IMG/VR virus record: IMGVR_UViG_3300032303_000221
Location: 1 to 41,767 of that record
Reading direction: 5' to 3' (one strand)
Source of the DNA: a virus
Lineage: Duplodnaviria; Caudoviricetes
Length of the DNA stretch: 41,767 nt
Part shown: one piece after another, positions 35,226-41,767 of the stretch
Layout of the letters: each line of letters opens with the position of its first letter
Position numbering within the stretch: the stretch's first letter is position 1
Program-made: the position numbers and the translations under genes
The notes under the pieces: model-generated
Databases searched by the model: none
What the model saw: only the letters and a program-made list of their open reading frames with translations
Told to the model about the DNA's origin: nothing

Positions 35226-37017
35226 CCTTGAGACCTACGATCCGAAGCTGAAAGAACTTGGCAGCGGATGGCCTACAAAGAATGGGTACATCATAGGTAT
35301 CGCCATAGCCGTCGAGAACGGTGCATGGTACTTCCCCATTCGCCACCAGAACGGCGGCAACATGGATCCAGAAGTTGTCATGCGCTGGATGCGTAGGCTT
35401 TGTTCGGATCCTGACAGGGACTACATCTTCCACAACGCCCACTACGATGTGGGCTGGTTGCGTTCTGAAGGCGTCGAGGTAAAAGGTCGCATCGTTGATA
35501 CGATGATTGCCGCCCCACTCATTGATGAGAACCGCTTTAGCTACGCCCTCAACAACCTTGGCCGAGATTATCTGTCAGACAAAAAGGATGAACGTCTGCT
35601 TCGTGAAGCCGCGAATGAGTGGGGCGTGGACGCCAAGGCTGAGATGTATAAGCTGCCCCCGCAGTATGTCGGACCCTACGCCGAACAGGATGCTGCTCTA
35701 ACGCTTCGCCTCTGGCACCACTTCGAGGGCCTGATGGTCAAGGAGGAGGTGACGAACATCTTTAACCTTGAACTGCGAGTTGTTCGAGCAACCATCGACA
35801 TGCGCTCGCGTGGCGTACGGGTTGATTTGGAAGGCGCAGACCGGATCCGGAAGGATTTGGAAGAGAAGGAGAAGGATCTTCTCAGCAAGATCAAAATGAA
35901 GTACGGCCTTGATGTGGACATCTGGGCCGCTGCCAGCGTTGCGAAGGTCTTTGACGCCGCCGGGCTACCCTACCCAAAGACAGAAGCCACAGGCGCTCCC
36001 AGCTTTACCAAGGAGTTCCTGAACACCGGGACGCACTACCTCCCTCGCGCCATCGTCCAAGCCCGTGAGTTCAACAAGGCCCGCACGACCTTCGTTGAGA
36101 CGATCATGAAGCACCAGCACAAGGGCCGGATCCATGCCGACATCCACCAGCTTCGCAGCGATGACGGCGGGACCATCACAGGACGCTTTAGCTATTCGAA
36201 CCCGAACCTTCAACAGCTTCCTGCCCGTAACGAAGTGATCGGGCCGATGATCCGAAGCCTGTTCCTGCCGGAGGAAGGCGACAAGTGGGGGAGCTTCGAC
36301 TATTCATCCCAAGAACCACGGATCGTGGTCCACTACGCTTCGCTCTTGGAGTTCAGAGGGGCGTCCGAGTTCGTGGAGAAGTACCGCGAGGACAAATACT
36401 CCGACTTCCACCAGATCGCCGCCGATATCGTGGGCGTCCCGCGTAAGCAAGCAAAGACCATCAACCTCGGTCTGTTCTACGGGATGGGCGTCACCAAACT
36501 GGCGGCGCAGCTTGGCCTTGAGCTGTCAGATGCCAAGGATCTGTTTGCCAAGTACCATGCAGAAGTGCCCTTCGTGAAGGAGATGAGCGAGTTTGCATCT
36601 AACCGCGCAGGAAAGAAGGGATCCATCCGTACCCTCCTCGGGCGCAAGTGCCGCTACGAGAAGTGGGAGCCAGCCCTCTTTGGTGTTCACAAAGCCCTAT
36701 CCCACAAGGAAGCCTTCGAAACCTACGGCAACGGCATCCGCCGCGCCTTCACCTACAAAGCCCTGAACGCCCTGATCCAAGGATCTGCCGCAGACCAAAC
36801 CAAGATGGCGATGGTGATGCTTGCGGAGGAAGGTTTACTCCCCCTCGTTCAAATCCACGACGAACTGGCGATGACAGTTCCAGATGAAGCCACCGCCCGT
36901 AAGATCCAAGAAATCATGGAGACATGCGTCACCCTACAAGTGCCATCCGTAGTCGATGCGGAGATCGGCCCCTCATGGGGAGAGGCGACCAAAAGCATTG
37001 CGGAGGCATGGAAATGA
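35134..37017 (+). CDS. polA: DNA polymerase family A (3'-5' exonuclease plus polymerase, no 5'-3' exonuclease)
   Basis: Exo motifs DLET, FHNAHYD, YAEQD; TITGRFS...PNLQQLP; motif A DYSSQEPR; motif B RKQAKTINLGLFYGMG; motif C QIHDEL. Confidence 0.95.
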   Translation: MSQLPLFQVHSEWVMPDGFPNLSGAREIAIDLETYDPKLKELGSGWPTKNGYIIGIAIAVENGAWYFPIRHQNGGNMDPEVVMRWMRRLCSDPDRDYIFHNAHYDVGWLRSEGVEVKGRIVDTMIAAPLIDENRFSYALNNLGRDYLSDKKDERLLREAANEWGVDAKAEMYKLPPQYVGPYAEQDAALTLRLWHHFEGLMVKEEVTNIFNLELRVVRATIDMRSRGVRVDLEGADRIRKDLEEKEKDLLSKIKMKYGLDVDIWAAASVAKVFDAAGLPYPKTEATGAPSFTKEFLNTGTHYLPRAIVQAREFNKARTTFVETIMKHQHKGRIHADIHQLRSDDGGTITGRFSYSNPNLQQLPARNEVIGPMIRSLFLPEEGDKWGSFDYSSQEPRIVVHYASLLEFRGASEFVEKYREDKYSDFHQIAADIVGVPRKQAKTINLGLFYGMGVTKLAAQLGLELSDAKDLFAKYHAEVPFVKEMSEFASNRAGKKGSIRTLLGRKCRYEKWEPALFGVHKALSHKEAFETYGNGIRRAFTYKALNALIQGSAADQTKMAMVMLAEEGLLPLVQIHDELAMTVPDEATARKIQEIMETCVTLQVPSVVDAEIGPSWGEATKSIAEAWK

Positions 37018-37023
37018 CAGAAT

Positions 37024-37052
37024 TTGTCAACGTAGGGTTTATGTGATATAAA
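37024..37052 (+). promoter_or_regulatory. sigma70-type promoter with extended -10, probably leaderless
   Basis: TTGTCA (37024)-N17-TATAAA (37047) preceded by TGn; ATG 37059 lies 7 nt after the -10 and has no SD. Confidence 0.55.
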
Positions 37053-37058
37053 GACCGC

Positions 37059-37430
37059 ATGTCCTTACTGATCGAAACACGGCGGGAACTTGAGAAAGTC
37101 CGCCACGAACTTGATGAACTGACCGCGAAACGGGATAGCGAAGCTGTTCCGTTCGCCATGCTGTTCCTCATACCTCGGCAGTTGGCGCACATTCTCTGCG
37201 CGGCCCACAGCAATCCTGTCGTCAGTCGTGATGAGATCATGGCGATCATCGCCCACACTGGACGCACGGGCTGGGGGCAGTCGATCAAGGTCGTTGATGT
37301 AGCGGTGTGGCGGCTTAACAAACGGCTGGAGGCCCACGGCCTACGGATCAAGAACCTTCGGGGGGTTGGGTTTTACCTGACAGATGAGGACAAGAGGACC
37401 ATCACAGCCCTCTTGTCCAGTAAGCTCTAG
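37059..37430 (+). CDS. OmpR/PhoB/CtrA-type winged-helix DNA-binding protein without receiver domain
   Basis: VSRDEIM...IKVVDVAVWRLNKRL...IKNLRGVGFYL matches the Trans_reg_C pattern; N-terminal coiled coil. Confidence 0.78.
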   Translation: MSLLIETRRELEKVRHELDELTAKRDSEAVPFAMLFLIPRQLAHILCAAHSNPVVSRDEIMAIIAHTGRTGWGQSIKVVDVAVWRLNKRLEAHGLRIKNLRGVGFYLTDEDKRTITALLSSKL

Positions 37431-37780
37431 GCAAACATGCGCTGAACGTCTGACATGCTCAGGAACGTGATGTTCCCCTCAAGCTTGCAGCCCTCGGGGA
37501 AGTCCGTCTCATCCCCCTCGTTGTCCACCCGTCCAAACACAAGGCCGCGCCCCGCCAGCGGGCTAGGGAACCCATCCCCGATGAAGAAGTGGGTCGGGTT
37601 GTACAGGCCTTCGTCGTCCACGTAGATGTCAACGTCGTGGCCGTCGATGGTGGCATAAGCCACATCGAAAGCCTCACAGTTCAAGTGGGTGTAGATTTCA
37701 CGGAAATCGCCGTGATACTCCACCGGGGTGAAGGTGCGGGTTACGGGGTCGATCAACATTGCCTTGGTGATTTTGCTCAT
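37427..37780 (-). CDS. DUF3846-like phage protein
   Basis: AMLIDP...IYVDDEGL...LAGRGLVFG..DNEG; AGAAAGGA RBS before ATG 37780. Confidence 0.7.
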   Translation of the reverse strand: MSKITKAMLIDPVTRTFTPVEYHGDFREIYTHLNCEAFDVAYATIDGHDVDIYVDDEGLYNPTHFFIGDGFPSPLAGRGLVFGRVDNEGDETDFPEGCKLEGNITFLSMSDVQRMFA

Positions 37781-37814
37781 CGCTGGATCCTTTCTACGTA
37801 TCGGCGATAAAGAC

Positions 37815-37843
37815 ACTGTGGCATAGCTAGAAACCAAAGTCAA
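37815..37843 (-). promoter_or_regulatory. candidate sigma70 promoter
   Basis: On the - strand: TTGACT-N17-CACAGT with TGn upstream of the -10. Confidence 0.4.
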
Positions 37844-37844
37844 G

Positions 37845-38087
37845 CTACCTATTCACTTTATTTAGGGCTTCGTTTGCGATCCAGCCGCAGGCTTCTTCCT
37901 CGGCTGGATCAAGGTTGCGGATCTTGTAGAGGGCTTCCACAAGGATTTCAAATTGGTGGTCGGCCTCATCAAACTTGAGCATCCAACCACGGCCCTCTTC
38001 CTTCTCAGCTTCGACCTGAAGCTTCAGATCCTCTATCAAATCTGTCAGGAGTTTCAGGTGCGCGTCTATGGGGTGGGGGAGTGTCAT
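37845..38087 (-). CDS. hypothetical protein
   Basis: 80 aa; ATGA overlap with the upstream gene. Confidence 0.65.
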   Translation of the reverse strand: MTLPHPIDAHLKLLTDLIEDLKLQVEAEKEEGRGWMLKFDEADHQFEILVEALYKIRNLDPAEEEACGWIANEALNKVNR

Positions 38088-38449
38088 TTCAAGCCCTCAT
38101 CACAGTACCAGTCGTTATCACTAGCAACGAGCCAAGGGAGAGCGTAGGGGGAAGCTACAAAAGTCTGTCCGTTGTTGTCCTGTTTCCAAGCAATGATGAT
38201 TTCACCTGTATAACTATCTTTAGATGGGATCAAACTTATAAAGGGACCTCCACCCTTCCTAATGTCTCCCTCCCAACCAAGATGTTCACGAGCTATTCGC
38301 TGCGCCATAAGGAGCATGGGGAAGTAATCCCATCTTGCAATTTTACCGGATGACCAAGCCTCCCCCTCGGACCATGAAACAATGTCCTCGGGCTTGTGCC
38401 AACCAATCCAAAAGTCGATGGGCGTGACGAGAGCATAAACGTATATCAT
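38084..38449 (-). CDS. hypothetical protein
   Basis: PIDFWIGW...LGWEGDIR...WKQDNNGQTFVASPYALPW; coupled start and stop. Confidence 0.7.
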   Translation of the reverse strand: MIYVYALVTPIDFWIGWHKPEDIVSWSEGEAWSSGKIARWDYFPMLLMAQRIAREHLGWEGDIRKGGGPFISLIPSKDSYTGEIIIAWKQDNNGQTFVASPYALPWLVASDNDWYCDEGLK

Positions 38450-38862
38450 TACCTTCTATCCTTCTTGCAGTAGGGTTTCTGGGTCAGGGTGTTTCTAATG
38501 TTTGAGGGTTCAAACTCCCGATACCGGCCCCCCGAATATCGAGCGCAGTCCAAGGCGTACCCATCACGGACCATGAGCATCGCGATGTCTTGCCCCTTGT
38601 CGTTGTGACAGACCGCAATCTGTCGGTTGTAGGATGTCTCCCCTGTCAAGTGACACTTCACATAGGAAGTGTTCTTGAGGATGGCGATCATGCCGTCCTT
38701 GGCCCTCGGACCATTTGTCTCGGACAGCTCCTCCGCATCAAGTCCGTAGATTCGAAGGGCGGTTCCATTCATCTTAATGGTATCCCCATCAACAGCCATA
38801 GGGAAACCAAGCAGAGATGCACAAAGGCCAAGCGCAGCAGCACTGAAAACATCGCAGCTCAT
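38449..38862 (-). CDS. thermonuclease (SNase-like) family protein
   Basis: VDGDTI, LRIYGLDAEEL, YNRQIAVC, DIAMLMVRDGYA, YSGGRY. Confidence 0.85.
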   Translation of the reverse strand: MSCDVFSAAALGLCASLLGFPMAVDGDTIKMNGTALRIYGLDAEELSETNGPRAKDGMIAILKNTSYVKCHLTGETSYNRQIAVCHNDKGQDIAMLMVRDGYALDCARYSGGRYREFEPSNIRNTLTQKPYCKKDRR

Positions 38863-39314
38863 TTCTTGGCCCTCGGCCTACGGACAGGCTTCTCAACAAC
38901 AGGAACCGGCTTTGGTTTATTCTTTGACCCAAGCTTGCGGCCACGCTTTACCGGGGCAGGCGGATGGCACATGATCTCAAGTTTGTGCCTTGCGTAGTCC
39001 TCGATGGACATTCCAAGTTTCTTCGCAACAGCCACCTCGTTTGCTGTCAGGTGAAGCAAACCCCCTTTCAACCGACGCTCCAGATACTCAATCCGCATCC
39101 GCAAATCCACGAGATCCTTAAATTTATCGTTAAAAAACATCGCGTTCTTGTCGATGCCGTCGCTGATAATGTTCATTCTTTCGCGGGCTGAATGCTCAAT
39201 CCTAGCAAGTTCCTCAAAGGTCTTGTTACGGGTGGCTGTAAACCGAACATCAAGTTCATGTACCGCTGGATCAGCGAACAAACCACGGATTGTCTCTTTC
39301 AATTTCTCGAACAT
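38859..39314 (-). CDS. coiled-coil protein with scaffold-like motif and AT-hook-like basic tail
   Basis: AAGGAG RBS before ATG 39314; LTANEVAVAKKLGMSIEDYARH; KRGRKLGSKNKPKP. Confidence 0.72.
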   Translation of the reverse strand: MFEKLKETIRGLFADPAVHELDVRFTATRNKTFEELARIEHSARERMNIISDGIDKNAMFFNDKFKDLVDLRMRIEYLERRLKGGLLHLTANEVAVAKKLGMSIEDYARHKLEIMCHPPAPVKRGRKLGSKNKPKPVPVVEKPVRRPRAKK

Positions 39315-39325
39315 GTTCTTTCTCC

Positions 39326-39535
39326 TTAGACCCACATACGGGTTCGGCTGACGAGGGTTTCGTCCTTGTAGATATGCAACTCAGCGTTCGCCTGCTCCGC
39401 AGGAATAATCCTATGTCGCGGAACAAGGTAAACCTGACCCAACGGAAGGGTCACAAGCCGTGAGTCAATCGCTTGGTTGACAGGTTTGTGGCGAATCCTA
39501 TCCTTCTTATCTCGTGGGTGTATCACTCTCACCAT
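39326..39535 (-). CDS. hypothetical protein
   Basis: 69 aa, AAGGAG upstream, fills the gap in a co-directional cluster. Confidence 0.55.
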   Translation of the reverse strand: MVRVIHPRDKKDRIRHKPVNQAIDSRLVTLPLGQVYLVPRHRIIPAEQANAELHIYKDETLVSRTRMWV

Positions 39536-39911
39536 CTTCTTTCTCCTTCGCCATTTCTCGGCAGAGAACAGGAAACATACCCTTCGTGGATGCTCGGTTG
39601 TCGTTCAACGTCCCCAACAATTCGCCGTCGAGAAGTATTGCGCAACAGGCCATCACATGACCAAGGTGGTGAACCCCGCTTTCTGGATCCATCGTCTCAC
39701 CATCGTACCAAGAAATCAAGTGCCTCATCGCTGCATCATAATAAATAGATGCACTTATATAATTCTCACGCCAGTTCATCAGACCATACTTGTCCCGACC
39801 ATTCATCATGGCCTTTGACAAATGGAGCAACGAGATAGGTGGAACACAAGCCATCGACGGCTTACGCATACCAAGCACAGACTTCGGATTATTGTCCGGT
39901 GGGGTTTCCAT
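39507..39911 (-). CDS. dATP/dGTP diphosphohydrolase N-terminal domain protein (DUF5664-like)
   Basis: NPK...KP...VPP...GRDKYGLMNWRE...YYDAAMRHL..WYDGE..DPESGVHHLGHVMACCAILLD...DNR. Confidence 0.85.
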   Translation of the reverse strand: METPPDNNPKSVLGMRKPSMACVPPISLLHLSKAMMNGRDKYGLMNWRENYISASIYYDAAMRHLISWYDGETMDPESGVHHLGHVMACCAILLDGELLGTLNDNRASTKGMFPVLCREMAKEKEDGESDTPTR

Positions 39912-40104
39912 CCTCAGGCCCTTTTGGTTTGCGATAAAACATAACGGCCCGATGCTCTTTGCAATAGTTGTGCTTCGGGTGATCTAACGGACTCGCGCAA
40001 TACAAACGAAAGCCGCTTTTCGAACGCATATCCAAAGGGTAGTGACACTCCAAAAACCCAATATTCATAAGGGTTTTTGATCCCTCTGGTCTGTCTTTAA
40101 GCAT
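39889..40104 (-). CDS. GcrA-like C-terminal domain protein
   Basis: KTLMNI...ECHYPLD...YCASP...NYCKEHRAVMF resembles the GcrA C-terminus (C-x-W-P...FCG...PYC-x-x-H); start at 40104 overlaps the end of the upstream gene. Confidence 0.6.
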   Translation of the reverse strand: MLKDRPEGSKTLMNIGFLECHYPLDMRSKSGFRLYCASPLDHPKHNYCKEHRAVMFYRKPKGPEDGNPTGQ

Positions 40105-40459
40105 GTCCAACACTCGCATCGTCAGGCGAGGCGAGATCAAGTTTAGTTGCATACCAACCATGTTCTATCGCCTTCATCACTATAGTTTTGTCTAAGTTCA
40201 GAAGGTGACAGGTTGTGCAGAGCTGTTCAATCAAACAACATACCGTCATCTGCGCAACTAAACTGCGGACCTTTGTATCTTTGCCCCACTCCCACGGAAC
40301 ATCGCCCTCAAGCGCACCAACTATCTCAACGAGCGTCGATCTCATGACGCCTGACAAAATGGTGTGGACCCACCCGCCATCCGGAATGTTGTCTGGTTTG
40401 TCTTGGATAAAACTTATGTCCATACGGACCTCGGCCACGGGGATCTTGTCGTTAGTCAT
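40097..40459 (-). CDS. hypothetical protein
   Basis: 120 aa, AAGGA RBS, co-directional cluster. Confidence 0.65.
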   Translation of the reverse strand: MTNDKIPVAEVRMDISFIQDKPDNIPDGGWVHTILSGVMRSTLVEIVGALEGDVPWEWGKDTKVRSLVAQMTVCCLIEQLCTTCHLLNLDKTIVMKAIEHGWYATKLDLASPDDASVGHA

Positions 40460-40580
40460 AGAAGTTGTCCTTTATCATTTCAATTACGAGAAGAGAGAAG
40501 AACAAAACCATGAAAGCGCAAAACGCTAGTGACACCGCAGTGGCACAAAAAAGCATGAGCGTTATCAGCGTGTCATTCAT
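40452..40580 (-). CDS. small membrane peptide (42 aa)
   Basis: Translated by hand: MNDTLITLMLFCATAVSLAFCAFMVLFFSLLVIEMIKDNFYD; ATGA overlap upstream; not in the ORF track. Confidence 0.6.
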   Translation of the reverse strand: MNDTLITLMLFCATAVSLAFCAFMVLFFSLLVIEMIKDNFYD

Positions 40581-40978
40581 TTTTTTATTCCTTTCATTAG
40601 TTCCATCAGTTTCTTTTTGTTGTCGTCGTCTATGGCGTAGCCAACACCTCGCACCACGTTGATTGTGATGCCGTGCGGCCTCAGTTTGTTACGCATCTTC
40701 CACACTGCCACCTTGGTTCTCAAAGTTTGGTGCATTTCCCCGCCGTAACGATCATACTTCCCATGCTCCTCGGTGATATTGTCGAGATAAGCAAAGGTGG
40801 CGACATCGCGTTTGCATATTCCTGTCAAAAGTCCTGCTTGTTGTTTTGACAGAAACTTTAAGAATCCAATATCAATTTGCGCCAGTTCCTCACGAAGTTG
40901 GCGGATTTCCTCCTTCAGTCTTTCAATCTCAGCGTTCTGATCGCTGAGAAGTTTTTGGACGCGGGAGGCTTCACTCAT
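40577..40978 (-). CDS. second OmpR/CtrA-type winged-helix protein without receiver domain
   Basis: Coiled coil (EIERLKEEIRQLREELA) then TKVAVWKMRNKLRPHGITINVVRGVGYAI; paralogous to 37059-37430. Confidence 0.75.
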   Translation of the reverse strand: MSEASRVQKLLSDQNAEIERLKEEIRQLREELAQIDIGFLKFLSKQQAGLLTGICKRDVATFAYLDNITEEHGKYDRYGGEMHQTLRTKVAVWKMRNKLRPHGITINVVRGVGYAIDDDNKKKLMELMKGIKK

Positions 40979-41282
40979 CTTTCTCCCCCAGTGCTTTCTG
41001 AACAAAAAGTTTTACTTCGCGGGTTATTTTAATATCAACGCATCCTTTGTAGTGTTCAAATCCAAATTCCACTATCTTGGGAACGCTCCGCAGCGCCGCC
41101 TCCAGCTCCTCAATCCGGTTGGCGGCAGTCTCAAGCCTGCTGCACAAGTCCCACACATGACGGTGCTTCTTGTCTTGCCACTGATAGGCAAGCGTGAACA
41201 TGTCGTGCGATGTTGGCGCTGCAAGGCTTTGGCGGTAGGCTTCCGCGTCCGTGCGCAGCCGCTTCACAAGATCATCGCTCAT
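40971..41282 (-). CDS. hypothetical phage accessory protein
   Basis: MSDDLVKRLR...AANRIEELEAAL; ATGA overlap. Confidence 0.7.
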   Translation of the reverse strand: MSDDLVKRLRTDAEAYRQSLAAPTSHDMFTLAYQWQDKKHRHVWDLCSRLETAANRIEELEAALRSVPKIVEFGFEHYKGCVDIKITREVKLFVQKALGEKDE

Positions 41283-41611
41283 AGCCCCTCTCCCTCTTCA
41301 AAATCCAGATCGACTTTGATGCAGGCGATGCGGCCAGCGGGAACATAATATGATTCCTCGGTGGCGCATACAGTGCCGCCATTCCACACATGCAACCACA
41401 CCGTCCGCTTGTGGCGGGGGCGGACTTCGATGAGGTCCAGAAGTGTGTCCCGCCAATGCGATCCGCATGATTCCCAATCACAAGAGGTCCAGCAACCGCT
41501 ATAGGTATGCTTGAAGGCACCATGAACACGTTTGAGTTCATTCCCCTCCGTCGCATAGATGCGGACTTCGCGGCCATCGCGGGTGCGGTACTTTTTGTTG
41601 ATGTCGATCAT
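41279..41611 (-). CDS. hypothetical phage accessory protein
   Basis: MIDINKKYRTRDGREVRIYATEG...DLIEV...RIACIKV; start 41611 overlaps the upstream stop (ATGA). Confidence 0.72.
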   Translation of the reverse strand: MIDINKKYRTRDGREVRIYATEGNELKRVHGAFKHTYSGCWTSCDWESCGSHWRDTLLDLIEVRPRHKRTVWLHVWNGGTVCATEESYYVPAGRIACIKVDLDFEEGEGL

Positions 41612-41766
41612 TCTGGCACCTCTAACTTTGCGGCCTGCATCATGCTGGCGATCTGCCATGCTAGGTAGCCCTCAAGCCTGAAATATATGCGCTTCCCGTC
41701 TTCGTCCGTCAGATTGCGAGCGGCCATCATGAGCCATTCGGCCAGTTCCTCCACGGACTTCGGCTC
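41608..41766 (-). CDS. partial hypothetical protein (3' end)
   Basis: Open from the window edge: EPKSVEELAEWLMMAARNLTDEDGKRIYFRLEGYLAWQIASMMQAAKLEVPE-stop. Confidence 0.6.
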   Translation of the reverse strand, partial: EPKSVEELAEWLMMAARNLTDEDGKRIYFRLEGYLAWQIASMMQAAKLEVPE

Positions 41767-41767
41767 A

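Noticed and set aside
37694-37708. GATTTCACGGAAATC, a parS look-alike inverted repeat
   Set aside because: The centre is one base short (ACG rather than ACGT) and the outer bases differ from the consensus; probably chance within a CDS
39118-39133. TTAA-N8-TTAA as a CtrA box
   Set aside because: The spacer is 8 rather than 7, and it lies inside a coding region
35134-39911. 2-aminoadenine (Z) genome system
   Set aside because: PolA plus the diphosphohydrolase is suggestive, but no PurZ or HD-family DatZ is present in the window
1124-41659. Upstream start codons given by the ORF track (e.g. 1124, 1725, 2301, 2746, 5702, 7234, 30407, 31932, 37843, 41659)
   Set aside because: They overlap upstream genes or terminators; downstream ATGs with an RBS or stop-start coupling are better supported
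1-41767. tRNA/rRNA genes, integrase, transposase, intron/intein, stop-codon recoding
   Set aside because: No intergenic space or motifs for them were seen; helicases and polymerase are of normal length, and all three stop codons end genes normally

Overview
The whole window is part of a tailed dsDNA bacteriophage genome (Caudoviricetes). It is probably podovirus-like, since there is no tape-measure or sheath gene but there is a tail-stabilisation protein followed by four internal/ejection proteins. The + strand from 1 to 28640 carries a lysis cassette (holin-like protein, GH108 endolysin), a GroES-like co-chaperonin, scaffold, Mu-gpT-like major capsid protein, clusters of small Lys/Gly-rich proteins, head-tail and fibre genes, and ejection proteins ending in a 2250-aa polyvalent protein (ParB-like domain and HExxH peptidase). 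A divergent replication module follows (SNF2 helicase on -; SSB-like protein, primase, UvrD-like helicase and family A polymerase on +), then a - strand cluster of small accessory genes. Terminase and portal are not in the window. The main unexplained signals are: (1) a perfect chromosomal-type parS palindrome inside the groES-like gene; (2) a GcrA-like C-terminal domain, two receiver-less OmpR/CtrA-type winged-helix proteins and a near-CtrA box, which together suggest coupling to an alphaproteobacterial cell-cycle/segregation machinery; (3) an accessory protein carrying a copy of the scaffold C-terminal motif plus an AT-hook-like tail; (4) a [FYM]-x-x-G-G-x-[VIA] motif shared by five separate late proteins. 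All family assignments come from motif recognition by eye; no database searches were run.
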